A stretch of DNA of 64,000 nucleotides, taken from assembly GCA_965205505.1 (NCBI GenBank), contig CBDBHB010000009.1, forward strand, positions 64,001 through 128,000. The letters run 5' to 3'. The notes beneath the pieces were generated by a model. It had not been told where the DNA came from. It worked only from the letters and a program-made list of their open reading frames with translations, and made no database searches. Positions 28,597 through 39,774 of the stretch are shown piece by piece (positions within the stretch are counted from its first letter, which is position 1; every line of letters begins with the position of its first letter). The stretch is from Acidobacteriota bacterium (GTDB taxonomy: Bacteria > Acidobacteriota > UBA890 > WLXD01). The position numbers were made by a program, and so were the translations under genes.

Positions 28597-31231
28597 ATGC
28601 TCGCTCGGCTGGGCGGTCTGCTGCGCGGCGTCCGTGCTCGGATCGTGGCGTTGCGCGATCCGCGCCGCCTTGACCGCCAGCTGCAGGAGGAGCTGCGGTT
28701 CCACCTCGAACAGCAAACTGCTAAGAACGTGCGTGCGGGAATGTCGCGGACGGAGGCGGAGCGGGCGGCGCAGCGTGCTCTCGGCAATCCCGGACGCATC
28801 CAGGAGGAGCATCGCGACGCGCGCGGCGTGCGCTGGATTGAAGAGCTGCGACAGGATCTCGGGTACGGGGTGCGTCGATCGCTGGCACGGCCCTGGGTCA
28901 GCGCCGGGACGATCCTGACCCTGGCGGTGGGGATCGGCTCGATGACCACGATCTACGGCGGCGTGGCAGCGTTGGTGCTCGAGCCGCTGCCCTTCCCGGA
29001 GCTCGACAGGGTCGTCGTCCTGGGCGAGGCGCGACGCGGCGCCTCACTGCCCGGCGAGGGCTGGGGCCACCCCGGTGACTACGCTGCCTGGGGTCGGGAG
29101 CCGGTGTTCGCCGAGCTCGGCGGCGTTCGACCGTGGTTCGTCACCATGACCGGAACCGAGCAGCCCGCCGAGGTCTTCGGTTACCAGGTGTTCGGCGACT
29201 ACTTCAAGGTCTTGGGAGTGGACGCCGCGCTGGGTCGTACGCTCGCACCCGATGCTGGCCATCGAGGTGAGCCCGAGACAGTGCTGTCGCACCGCTTCTG
29301 GCGCGCTCACCTCGCCGCCGACCCCGACGTCATCGGACGTGTTGTTCGCTTTGAAGATCGCGAGCACGTCATCGTTGGGGTGATGCCGGAGGGCGCTGGG
29401 TACCCGATGGGAACCGACGTCTGGGCAGCGCCGACAGAGGACCTGGACATGTCGGCCCCCTTCGACGGCCGCCGCCTGGCCGTCGTGGGCCGATTGGCCC
29501 CGGGCGTGACGCTTCAGCAGACGAGAGCGGCGTTGCGGCTGGTCGCGGAGCGCACCGCCGAGATCGACCCAGAGGGACATGCGGAGCTGATGGTAGTGGT
29601 GGATTCCGGTGCGCAACATCGTTACCTACGGAACCGGGCCGCTGATGACGTTCCTGATGGCCGCCGCCGGCTTCCTGCTCTTGCTCGTGTGCGCCAACGT
29701 GGCCAACCTGCAGCTGATGCAGGGCACCGCCCGGCGACGTGAGATGGCGCTTCGAGTCGCTCTCGGTGCGCCTCGAGGCCGCCTCGTGCGCCAGCTTCTG
29801 GCGGAGAGCGTCGCGATCGCTCTGGTCAGCGGGCTGCTGTCGGCCGCGGCCGCGGTCTGGGGAACCGGCTTGCTCCGTGCCGCGCTGTCGGGCGATTGGT
29901 GGCGGTTCTTCTTCGTCGGCGTCGACAAGATCGGTGTCAGCACCGACGTGCTGGCGTTCAGCCTCACGATCAGCTTGGCTTCGGTGTTCTTGTTCAGCCT
30001 GCTACCCGCCGTTCGCGCCTCGCGCGTCGATCCGAACGCCGATCTGAAGCAGGGACGGCAGGCTACATCTGGGCGCGGGCCTCGCGGCACGCTGGTGGTG
30101 GTCGAGATGGTGCTCTCGATCGTCCTCGTCACTGGCGCGATGTTGAGCGCACAGGCCGCAATGTCGGTAGGCGTTGTCGATTTGGGCCTGAGTCAGGACG
30201 TGGCGACTTTCACGATACGGACGCGCAATGCCGCGTACGACGACCCCGTGTCGCTGCGTCGTCTGGTCCAGGACGTGCTGTCTCTTGTGCGCGCCACACC
30301 GGGCGTCGCCGCGGCGGCAACCAGCAGCCGCATGCCGGGCATATCCCCGGGCCGCGGCGTCTCTGTAGAGCCCGACGACACTGACGGTGAGCTTGCCGAG
30401 GCGACCGTGCAGGTCGTGAGCGACGCGTACTTCGGCACACTCGGCATTCCGCTCGTCAGCGGGCGCGAGTTCACCGGCGGAGACCGGGCCGACGCGGCGC
30501 CGGTGGCGGTGGTGGGCGAAACTGTCGCCGAACGCCTGTGGCCGGGCGGGAGCGCCGTGGGCCGCCGCATCCGCCTCGGGAACGACGAGGGGTGGCTGAC
30601 GGTGGTCGGCGTCGCCGACGATGTCGCCCGGGCTTGGAACGATCGCAGTCCGATGCTGGCCGTGTACGTCCCGGCAGCACAGCGTCCCGCCACCCACATG
30701 GCGTTTCTGATGCAGGCGGAGCCGGGTGCCGCCGAGCTGGCCCGGAGGCGAGTGTGGGAGCGCTACCCTGACGTTCCGCTTCCAGCTTCGGAGAGTATCG
30801 AGGCGGCGCTAGCGGAACAGGCGGCGCCCGCTCGCATGGCGAGTGCCCTCATGGCCGCGTTCGCCGTCGTGGCAATGGTGATTTGCCTCGGCGGCATCCA
30901 CGGGTTCGTCAGCTACGTGGCGACCCTGCGGGTGCGTGAGGTAGGCGTGCACATCGCCGTCGGTGCCGACCGTGCCGCGGTGGTGCGGTTGTTCGTGGGC
31001 CGCGGAGTCCGGCTCGCGGGCGTCGGGTTGCTCATCGGCCTGCCGGCCGGATACCTGTTCGCGTCGGTGCTGGAACGATCCATGCGCCGTTTCTCGCCCT
31101 CGATCGCGGTGGACGGCGCGTCGTTCGTGCTCTTGGGCGCCGCATTGCTGGCCCTCACGGCGCTCGCGAGCTACCTCCCGGCCCGCCGTGCCGCGGCGAT
31201 CGATCCGTCGACCGTGCTCCGCGCCGAGTAG
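28597..31231 (+). pseudogene. ADOP (acidobacterial duplicated orphan) ABC-type permease, frameshifted near 29605
   Basis: EELRFHLEQ permease prefix, QDLGYGVR, LLVCANVANL, RREMALRVALGA, PARRAAAIDP. Split over ORFs 28597-29742 and 29609-31231. Confidence 0.85.
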
Positions 31232-31324
31232 TCCGTCGGCCCAGGCCACGCTCGCCGCCGGACCGGCGAACCAATCCGCGGAAGTAGGCCAGGACCGCGG
31301 TGGGCACACTCGTAGGCTCCGATA

Positions 31325-31361
31325 CCGTCCCTAGGCGGCGGTAGCCGTCGCCTAGGGACGG
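31325..31361. terminator. 17-bp-arm hairpin between convergent genes
   Basis: CCGTCCCTAGGCGGCGG-TAG-CCGTCGCCTAGGGACGG; no U-tract. Confidence 0.4.
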
Positions 31362-31462
31362 CGCGTGTCACGGACAGCGCACGCGCCGACCTACTTTGCG
31401 CTTACGTTCCGGGGCCCAGTGTGGGCCGTGGCAGGGGCGATCCGACAACAGACGACGCTCGC

Positions 31463-32329
31463 TTAGGTTGTCCTTCTCCCTGCTCCCGCGTCGCTGCCTT
31501 TCTCGATTAACCGCGTGGCCGCGTGAAGGGTGGCAAGGTAGAAGTAGAAGATCCAGCTCAGCCAAATTGGCTTGTCGTATTCGACCTTCTGACGGTCATT
31601 GTGATGCCGGATGGCGAAGTTGTTCGCGATATTGAAGAGATCGTTCTCATCTTTCGACGCGAGTACCCTTTTGAGTTCCGGACGCAGGAATTCCAGGACA
31701 GCGGCCAGCTCGCGGATCGCGTCTCGGCGCTCATCGAGCGATGCTCGTCGCCGACGAAACTTCCGGACTGCTTGCTCAACGCGGTCAGAGACGTTGGCAG
31801 GGTCGGTTGACGGGATCGACGCCTGAAGCAGCGGATCGAGGGAGCCACCAGCGAGAGTAAGGATCTCCCCCTGGGGCGATAGTTCGAAGCCGTCTCCGTA
31901 GTCGCGAAGGAACTCATTGACGTCGGCGCGAAAATCGCTCTGAGCTGACCCTTGGACGAACTCCGTATAGTGATATCCGCATTGACTCCAGTCGTGGTAG
32001 TGGCCGGTTGCCTCGACTGGCTCGGATGCATGGTCGAAGAGGAACTCGATTAGATCGAATATCTCTTCCTCGGCTAGATCGTCTTTCCTGTCCCAGATCG
32101 GGAAAAGTCCCTTTCGGCGTACTTTTCGGAATGAGTAGATCTCGACATCGCCTACGCTGCCTGGGATGTAGCCGTCCACGCAATTCATTCCCAGGCGCTC
32201 CTGGAAACAGCCCCGCTCCTCGAAGGTCTGGTAGGTTGCGTAGAACAGGTCTCGGAGTAACTCAAGGTCGATCTTCGCCCCATCCTCAAGCATGTCGCTT
32301 CTAACTGAATAGTACTTTCGATCTCTCAT
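31463..32329 (-). CDS. AbiJ-like protein with a HEPN-like C-terminus, candidate defence gene
   Basis: IFDLIEFLF N-terminal motif; ERRDAIRELAAVLEFLR...LFNIANNFAIRHHND. Confidence 0.55.
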   Translation of the reverse strand: MRDRKYYSVRSDMLEDGAKIDLELLRDLFYATYQTFEERGCFQERLGMNCVDGYIPGSVGDVEIYSFRKVRRKGLFPIWDRKDDLAEEEIFDLIEFLFDHASEPVEATGHYHDWSQCGYHYTEFVQGSAQSDFRADVNEFLRDYGDGFELSPQGEILTLAGGSLDPLLQASIPSTDPANVSDRVEQAVRKFRRRRASLDERRDAIRELAAVLEFLRPELKRVLASKDENDLFNIANNFAIRHHNDRQKVEYDKPIWLSWIFYFYLATLHAATRLIEKGSDAGAGRRTT

Positions 32330-32783
32330 GACTCGTGGGTTGACCTGAGGTTCCCGGATCCGTGGACTGGACCGAAAGCGGTAGCGGGCTCGCCGACGTT
32401 GTAGGACACGCAGCGACTCTAACGCGAGACCTCGTCAGCACGTCGCGGGCCGCGGCGTTGCCCTGGCATTGCGCGCCGAGATTCAGGGCCCGCGGCGTTG
32501 CGCGGCAACGGTCCAAGACTTCGGCCGGATGAAGCCGTGAACCGATGGCAGGATGCAGCGGAGATCGCCGAGCAAAAGTGGTTCCGGTAGCAGCGCGTTG
32601 CCGGCGAACAAGTAGCCCTCGATTCACTCGCGCACCGCGGCGGAGCGCTGGCGCTTGTACGCGATCGCAACTAGCGACCACCACCCTCCCACAGGAACAA
32701 ACCCCATGATGCAGGGTGTCCAGGCCCCTCGGTTGCGGTTCAGCGGCGTCTCCGGGGCGGTTTTTTGGAGAGTGCTATCCCTG

Positions 32784-32836
32784 CCTGTTTAACGGGGGGC
32801 ATCGAAAGTCAGGGCCGCGCCAGTCCCGGATACCGC
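32784..32836 (+). repeat. cos-like conserved element, copy C
   Basis: CCTGTTTAACGGGGGGCATCGAAAGTCAGGGCC...CCCGGATACCGC. Confidence 0.7.
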
Positions 32837-32891
32837 TCAGTGCCCTGACAGATGTAAGAAAAATTCTTCGAGGTCATGAAATGACCACGAA

Positions 32892-33152
32892 ATGAGCAGA
32901 CGCCGGAAATCGCCGCCAGGCCCCGAAGTCATCCGCTGCATGCGCTCGAGCTAACCGGTATCGGCAGCGGCGAGCCGGCATCCTCCGCAACGAGCCGTTG
33001 TGCCGTCCTTGCGCCGAGGCGGGCTTCACGGTCGCCGCGGAGAAAATCGACCACATCGATTACATCGAGCCCGTGCAACTAGCGCCCGAGCGCTTCTGGG
33101 ACCGCGACAACGTCCAGCTGACCTACCAGGAGTGTCACGAGCGCAAGCATGC
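32892..33152 (+). pseudogene. HNH endonuclease pseudogene, paralogue of 27602
   Basis: PEVI...LRNEPLCRPCAEAGFTV...ERFWDRDN...CHERKHA, with a frameshift and a lost Cys. Confidence 0.8.
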
Positions 33153-33173
33153 CGGCGGTGGGCGGATAGCCCC

Positions 33174-33290
33174 TCAGCCGTTGGCCGGCTTGACGAAGCG
33201 GTACCCGAACCGGGGCTCGGTGAAGATGTAGGTAGGGCTGGCGGCATTGTCACCGAGCTTGCGGCGGAGCTTCTTGATGTAAGGCACGCA
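33174..33290 (-). pseudogene. OmpR/KdpE-type winged-helix C-terminal fragment
   Basis: YIKKLRRKLGDNAASPTYIFTEPRFGYR. Confidence 0.7.
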
Positions 33291-33419
33291 CGAGCCGAGG
33301 GTTGCCGGAGCTGCGTGAGCGCCACACGCGGCGCAGCAGCTGATCGTGGGTCGATACGCGGCCGGCGTTGGCTGAAATGACGCTGAGCAGATCGTACTCG
33401 GTGGCGGTCAGTTGCCGCG

Positions 33420-34378
33420 TTTGGCCGGCCAGGCTCTAGGTATCTCCACGCGAAAGGTCGACCAGTTGGTCAAGGCCACGGGACTGGAGGGGATCTCCAA
33501 GTCTCGGGTCTCGGAAATGTCCAAGAGCCTGGATGAGAGCGTCGAGGCATTCCGCAATCGAGCTCTGGATGCGGGCCCGTACCCATTCGTGTAGCTGGAC
33601 GCGATGCAGATCAAGAACCGCGAGGGAGGCCGCGTGGTCAACGTCACCGCCGTGATGGCCATCGGGGTCAACGGCGACGGGTACCGGAGATCCTCGGGGT
33701 GGACGTGATTACGAGCGAGGATGGCGCCGGTCGGTTGGCGTTCCTGCGCTCCTTGGTGAGCCGGGGCCTGAGCGGCGTGCAGTTGACGATCTCCGACGCG
33801 CACGAGGGGCTCAAGGGAGCGATCGGAGCGGCACTGCCAGGATCCAGCTGGCAGCGTTGCCGGACGCACTTCATGGTCAATCTGCTGGCAAGGTGCCCAA
33901 GGTAGCCCAGAGCGCCGTGGCCACGCTGGTGCGCTCCATCTACGCACAAGACGAACACGACAGCAACTACGCTCAGTTCCGCCGGGTCGTGGAGCACCTC
34001 AAGAGTCGGTTCCCTGGGGCGGCCGAGCTGCTCGCCGATGCTCAGGAGGAGTTGCTCGCCTGCGCTTCCTTCCCCAAGGCCGTGGAGCGCCAGATCTGGT
34101 CCAACAACCCGCTCGAGCGGATCAACAAGGAGGTTCGCCGATGCACCGATGTCGTCGGCATCTTTCCTAATCGCTCAGCGCTGATCCGGCTGGTTGGCGC
34201 CGTACTTGCCGAGCAGAACGATGAGTGGGCCATCTCCCGCCGCTACATGCGCCTCGAGGTCATCTCCGAGGCTCTCTCCCCTCAACCATCGACCAGTATG
34301 AGGAGGACCTGCTCGCCATCAGCGCTTGAAACTAGATCGACTCAGTGGCCTTCGTACACCACTTGACGGCACGTGACT
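33420..34378 (+). mobile_element. IS256-family remnant (transposase pseudogene plus right end)
   Basis: GISTRKV, ISDAHEGL, WQRCRTHF, SNNPLERINKE, VGIFPN, with a stop and frameshifts; end motif TACACCACTTGACGGCACGTGAC. Confidence 0.88.
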
Positions 34379-34434
34379 GTCGGTCGAGCCTATTGGTCCA
34401 TGCCTCAGCTGTTAAGTGCACTTACCTATGGCAA

Positions 34435-35164
34435 GACCGCGGGTGTCCAACAGGCGCATAAGGAGGACCGGATCACCTTTTCCGCTCTCACCGGGTGGCC
34501 CGGCAACTACATCTGCGCCGAGGGCCGCTACCGAGAGGGCGATGCGGAGAAGCGTGCCGGGATCTTCATCGGCCCGGAGTTCGGCACGGTCTCGCGGCCT
34601 GATTTGGTCGATGCTGCCCGCGAGGCGGGCGACGCTGGGTTCGACGTGCTCATTGCCTGCGCGTTCAACTACGAGGCACATGCGAGCGAGCTCCACAACC
34701 TCGGGCGTATCCCGGTGCTCAAGGCTCGCATGAACGCCGACCTGCATATGGCCGCCGACCTGAAGGCCACCGGCAAGGGCAATCTGTTCGTGATCTTCGG
34801 CGAGCCGGACATCGACATCCTGCCGGAGCCAGACGAGAGACTGCGCGTGAAGGTCAAAGGCGTGGACGTGTTCGATCCGTCCACCGGCGAGGTCCGCAGT
34901 GATTCGGCCGACGGCATCGCCTGCTGGTTCATCGACGACGACTACGACGGCGAGAGCTTCTTCGTTCGCCAGGCCTATTTCCTGGGCCAGAATGACCCGT
35001 ACAAGGCGCTCAAGACCACACTGAAGGCGGAGATCGACACCGAGGCCTGGGCAACACTGAACAGTGACACGTCGCGTCCGTTCGGGAGGCCGGCGTCGGG
35101 TCGGATTGCCGTGAAGGTGATTAACCACCTCGGCGACGAGGTCATGAAGGTGTTCCGGGTCTGA
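34435..35164 (+). pseudogene. Type III-like adenine DNA methyltransferase C-terminal fragment
   Basis: AGVQQAHKEDRI...IGPEFGTV...LFVIFGEPDI...IAVKVINHLGDEVMKV; catalytic N-terminus absent. Confidence 0.75.
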
Positions 35165-35203
35165 GTCTCGGGCGCCATCACCGAGTGCGCTGGAGACTCG
35201 GGC

Positions 35204-35272
35204 ATGGAGTTCCGCATCGCCGACAGCTTCACCGACAGCCTCGCTCGGCTCACCGGCGGGGAGCAGAGGGCC
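35204..35272 (+). pseudogene. N-terminal stub of an RM-associated UvrD-like helicase
   Basis: MEFRIADSFTDSLARLTGGEQ, then the reading diverges. Confidence 0.55.
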
Positions 35273-35553
35273 GCGCCTCCAGGGCTTCGGTGTCGCCGGC
35301 AGCGCGGGCGCGTACCAGCGCTGCCAGGAGTGCCCCATCCATCCGGAACACCTCTGTGCGCCGGTACCAGGTCGGTGGCCCTCCAGCCGTGAGCTCCACT
35401 GCCTGATCGGTCACGGACAGCACACGTAGCAATGCGGCGCGCCCATCCGCCATGCGGCACAGAACCAGCTGGCCTCTCTTCATACGGCACGATGAGAGCT
35501 TAAGCTAGGAAGTGCCGGATGGAACTTTAACCTACCTGATGGAGAAAAAGGTG

Positions 35554-36064
35554 ATGGCTATCAACAAGGCCGTTCGTGACGGACTCCAAGCAGAACAAAC
35601 AGACGTTGCGGATGAGATGGCTCAGCTTGAGGCACGGCTGCAGTGGCTCAAGACACGAGCAGGACGCCCTTCGCTTAATCCTGGACCAAGAAACCGCACC
35701 GGACGCCAGACTGCGCCAACCCAGTGTTCGTGATGCGGCCCGAGCGGTACTCAAGGAGGCTGGGGCGCTGAAGCCTGCGCAGGTCACGCAGATTCTGCGT
35801 GATCGTGGCTATCAGCTCAAAGGAAAGATGAAGCCGGGTGCGCGTGTCGGGCAGGAGCTTTGGGCGATGGCCAAGTCGGGCACGTTGAGCAAGAACTCCG
35901 CTGGAGAGTACTTCTTGCCCGATGAGGAACAAAACGAACCGGACACGGCTGCGCCACCGCCGCCCAGCTCAGATGAGGATGCCTCAGCCGTCCGGAACGA
36001 ATCAGCCGACGCAACAGGTGCGGACAGCGGTACCGAGGCAGAAGGGTCAGGAGCATCGAGTTGA
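35554..36064 (+). pseudogene. Coiled-coil plus winged-helix protein, frameshifted
   Basis: MAINKAVRDGLQAEQ...LQWLK continues in another frame as VRDAARAVLKEAGALKPAQVTQILRDRGY...GEYFL. Confidence 0.45.
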
Positions 36065-36307
36065 GGGTCTTGAGGTCGGTGCCGGTGAGTTCCACTCCAT
36101 TCGATCCGTTGATGGACCTTAGCCCCTTCGGCGGCGCTTAGGGTCCAGTGGCATTTGTCTTTCACGACGGCGACACGACTCCGCTCGATCTTTCCTTTCA
36201 CTTCCTCGACGCCGATGGCGGTTCCGAAGTTACCCCGGAACTGTGCGCCGCCGAGACCGGTGGCCGCGTCCACGCATCTGCTCGAAGTCCGCGACGAGAA
36301 GCCGGCC

Positions 36308-36365
36308 TTAGGTTTAGGACCTAGTGAGTTTCGGCTCGTGGAGGTTCAAGTCCTCTCTTGGTCAC
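36308..36365 (+). other. 3' part of tRNA-Leu(TAG), att-like remnant
   Basis: TAGG TTTAGGA CCTA anticodon arm, variable arm, GGAGGTTCAAGTCCTC T-arm; AT-rich flank follows. Confidence 0.65.
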
Positions 36366-36535
36366 TCGGTGTAACTTATTGTCAAATAAGAAGATTTCAG
36401 GGGGATCGAGGCATTACGTCTCGGTCCACTTTCGCCGTTTTCACGGAGAAAGTTAACAAATAGTTAACAAAACGGTCGCGAATTCGGCGGCGGTAACGAT
36501 TCCGTTTGCCGACGGGCTTGACGGCATGGTGCGGC

Positions 36536-37004
36536 CTATACGCCGCCCTGATCCCGAGGCGCGATCTCCGCCAGGGCTACCGCCCGGCAGAGAATTGGGA
36601 CCAGAAGGCCGGCTTTGAATGCGGAGCTCAGATTGCCTTCGCAGAACCGATCTCCGCGGATCAAGCAGGTAAGCACCCGGCTCAATTGCTCGGGCGTCGC
36701 CCGGTTGAAGGCTTCCGGATTGGTTCGAAACGGTTACGCTTCCGCCGCATCCTTCCAAGTCGACCAATCAAACCGCTGTATCCAACCCATCCGATAGCAT
36801 GTGTCGATCAACTTAGCTGCCGGCTCGGAAAAGTCGAACCACGGAAAGTGACCCGGTTCCGGTATCCTTTGTCCGAACTCGAACCCGGGGGGCTTCGAAC
36901 TCGGGCAGCAAGGCAGCGAGCGCGGCGAGGCGCTCATGCATCGTCGCTTTGCTGCCAGGCCCGTCGCGGGGTTCGATCGTCGGCCAGGTATCAGGTTGTT
37001 TCAC
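36536..37004 (-). pseudogene. DUF6508-like protein pseudogene
   Basis: FDWSTW, internal stop, LTCLIRGDRFCEGNLSSAF; one frameshift. Confidence 0.6.
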
Positions 37005-37292
37005 TTGCGTTCTCCGTGCAGCGCCGATCGCCCGCTCCGTTCACTCGCGGCCGGCGGCGCTTCGACGGCGACCGCGAGTCCGTCCGTTTATGCCGCGCCT
37101 AACAGAACACAATCACACACCGAAACAGGGGGCGGTCGACGTCGCGCTTCCGGGGCCAGAGGAACCGAACGGCCCGGTACGCAGCCATTCACATCGTTGC
37201 CATCGCGTTGGCGACCTGGCGGACGTGGGCCTCGCGAAGTTCGAGCCATGCTCGATTGTGAAGCCCGCCCCCTGGAACATCCCGCGAGCATT

Positions 37293-37404
37293 CATCTGAA
37301 GCTCAGAGACGAGCTGCTGAACGCAGAGATCTCTACACGCTCGCCGAGGCAAAGGACCTTGGTGCAAGGCTGGCGACGTGAGTATAACCGTGAGGGGCAG
37401 GGTC
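37293..37404 (+). pseudogene. IS3-family OrfB 3' remnant
   Basis: KLRDELLNAEI...WRREYN followed by a GGGGCAGG end-like motif. Confidence 0.65.
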
Positions 37405-37587
37405 GTCGGTTGTTGCGCGCCGCATCGTGGTCCCGCTGTGCGGAGTGTGGTGCAGATGGCCTCGGGCGCTGCGCCGCTAGCGGGGTGCTGTGGCGCGTCG
37501 GTGCGGCAGTAGGTTGCGGCGGCGATCGACGGCGACTCCGATCAGCGAGCGCAGGGAGATAATCGCTGCGCCAGCGGGACTTTCCGC

Positions 37588-37620
37588 GGTAGCGGGGGCA
37601 GGATTTGAACCTGCGACCTT
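37588..37620 (-). other. 3' end of tRNA-fMet, att-like duplication
   Basis: AAGGTCGCAGGTTCAAATCCTGCCCCCGCTACC; no 5' half. Confidence 0.7.
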
Positions 37621-37630
37621 TCGGTGGAGA

Positions 37631-38104
37631 TTACGGCAGGGCCGCCACCGTAGCGTAGATCTCCGCGTAGTCCGGCGCAACGCCGAGGCTCTCCGCGACC
37701 CAGTGATAACGGACCACACCATCCTTGTCGACGATGGTCACGGCGCGGTTGGCGGCGACGTATCCCGGCAAGCCGCCCAACGCCGGGAACGCCACGCCAT
37801 AGGCATGCACGACGTCCCGGTTGTAGTCGCTGAGGAAAGTGTAGTCGACGCCATGCGCGGCCTTCCACGCGTCGAGCGCGAAGGGCGGGTCGACCGTGAT
37901 GCCGATGATCTCGGCATTCATAGCGCTGAACTGATCGATGCGGTCGCGAAGCGCGCACATCTCCGTCGTGCACACGCTGGTGAAGGCGCCGGGGAAAAAG
38001 GCGAGCACAACGTTTCTACCACGGTATTCGCTGAGGCTGCGCTGTTGCTCCAGGGTCTCATGTAGCGTGAAATCGGGAGCGGGCTGCCCTACGGTAATGG
38101 CCAT
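37631..38104 (-). CDS. Peroxiredoxin (AhpC/TSA family)
   Basis: GQPAPDFTL, FFPGAFTSVCTTEMC, NRAVTIVD. Confidence 0.92.
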   Translation of the reverse strand: MAITVGQPAPDFTLHETLEQQRSLSEYRGRNVVLAFFPGAFTSVCTTEMCALRDRIDQFSAMNAEIIGITVDPPFALDAWKAAHGVDYTFLSDYNRDVVHAYGVAFPALGGLPGYVAANRAVTIVDKDGVVRYHWVAESLGVAPDYAEIYATVAALP

Positions 38105-38469
38105 TGACCAAACTCCTGATCGGGATTGCCGGTGAATAGCCTAATGGTCTCGGCATACACATCGGCTCCGAGCGCAAGGCTCTGACGAAGACGGGGAACT
38201 CGCCGACAACCGACCGAGATATTACTGCACCGCAAGGCTGGACGCGTGATGCGGCGCGCACGTGGCGTATACGACGAAGGGCGGGTGGCAGTGATGCGGC
38301 GGTTCGAGAAACAGGAGAACGAATCAGATTCTGTAGAAGCTGAATCCCCACACTGGCCTCTACTCCCCACGGTCAAGCGCCTCCTTCACCCTCGGCTGAA
38401 CGAAACAAACTGAGCCCCGAGAACTGCACCAGCCGATCTAGCGTCTTCCACGGGAAGACCTTCCCGTCT

Positions 38470-38660
38470 GGTGCGAGCAGGAGCTTCTTCATGTCTTCAT
38501 GTCGAACCCCTGAAGCCGCGACCTCGAACTTCCGCTCACCGGTTTTCTGGCCAGCTCGACTCAGGCATCAAGACTCTGGAGGGCTGCTCGGTCAGCGATG
38601 GGTGGATGCCCCGCGTTCTTGTCTGCCGCAGCGTCGCCCGGCTCGTCACTCTCCCGCACC
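38470..38660 (-). ncRNA. Structured 191-nt IS110 left-end/bridge RNA-like element without a transposase
   Basis: Ends GGTGCG/CGCACC are complementary; internal GTGAGCGG/CTGCTCGC stem with a large internal loop; 5' half repeated at 26930. Confidence 0.5.
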
Positions 38661-38734
38661 GCACGAACGCGAGCGGCGCCCGAAGACGGCTGTTTTCGTG
38701 GCCCAGGGCCGCCGGACGGCGGGGATCAAGCGGA

Positions 38735-39753
38735 GACAAACCCCATCGCCCCCGGGTCGAGCTATTCGCACTTCGATACCCGCGCCAGCCCGGACCTGCT
38801 GATGGAGCCGGCGCTGTCGCCGGTCCTGCCGTTCGCCGACGTTGATCTCACCGACGACGCACTGCGTGACATGGGCTGGCGCGCCGGCCGGTTCCGATCC
38901 GAGGTGAGCGTCACCGATGACGAGAACAGCGGTTTCAACGACTCGGAGCTGGGAGCCGACCGACGCGCAGCGCTGGAGTTCATGCTCGGGATCTGGGAAC
39001 GGCTGCTGGGCAGCGCGTCGCGGGTGAGGGTGGAGGCCGGGTTTGCGGAGCTCACGTGCTCGGTGGAGGAGGGTGCAATCTTGGCGCAGGCTGGCCCGCG
39101 GTTCGTGTTCACCGATTTCCGCGGCGGCGAGCCGGGCGTCTGGTATCCGGGTCCTATGGCCAAGTCCATCGCCCGCAGCAACCTCGATGAGGATGACGTC
39201 GACATCGGCATCACCTTCAACGCCTCGATCGACGATGCGTGCCGTGGACCCGGCACGAGCTGGTACTACGGCGTCGATGGCAGCACCCCGCCCCAGCAGG
39301 TGTCGTTCGTCGCCGTGGCGTTGCACGAGATCGCGCACGGGCTCGGGTTCCTAGGATTGACGGATCTGGATAGGGGCGCCTTCTTCCGTAACCTCCCGGA
39401 CATCTTCGCCACCATGACCTTCGACAACCAGCGCAACCGGACGTGGGACGAGCTGTCGCGGGTGGCACGACGCAAGTCGGCAGTGCGGGACGGGCAGGTG
39501 GCGTTTACGGGCGCCAAGACTCAGCGTGGCGCCCGGCCGCTGCTGCGCGGTGCCTACGTCCTGCAGATCGCCGACCCTCCGAACCTTGCCGGAACGCATA
39601 TCGTCGGCCGGGCGTTCTTTGGCCCGGAGCTCGACGAGGACGGCGTCACCAACGAACTGGCGTTGGCCGACGACGGCTCCGCGACGTCGACACTCGCCTG
39701 CCAGCCGCTGGTCAACGGCGCTGAGGTCTACGGCAAGATCGCTGTGGTCGGGC
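38735..39753 (+). pseudogene. Truncated paralogue of the PA-domain metallopeptidase at 55575
   Basis: GSSYSHFD...LLMEP...GFND...HEIAHGLGF...GKIAVVGR is colinear with 55575-57158; both ends missing. Confidence 0.85.
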
Positions 39754-39774
39754 GTATCTCAAGAGCCTCCTGCG

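Noticed and set aside
38735-39753. Peptidase duplicate as a DGR template/variable repeat pair
   Set aside because: Differences from 55575-57158 are spread over all bases rather than adenine-specific, and there is no reverse transcriptase in the window.
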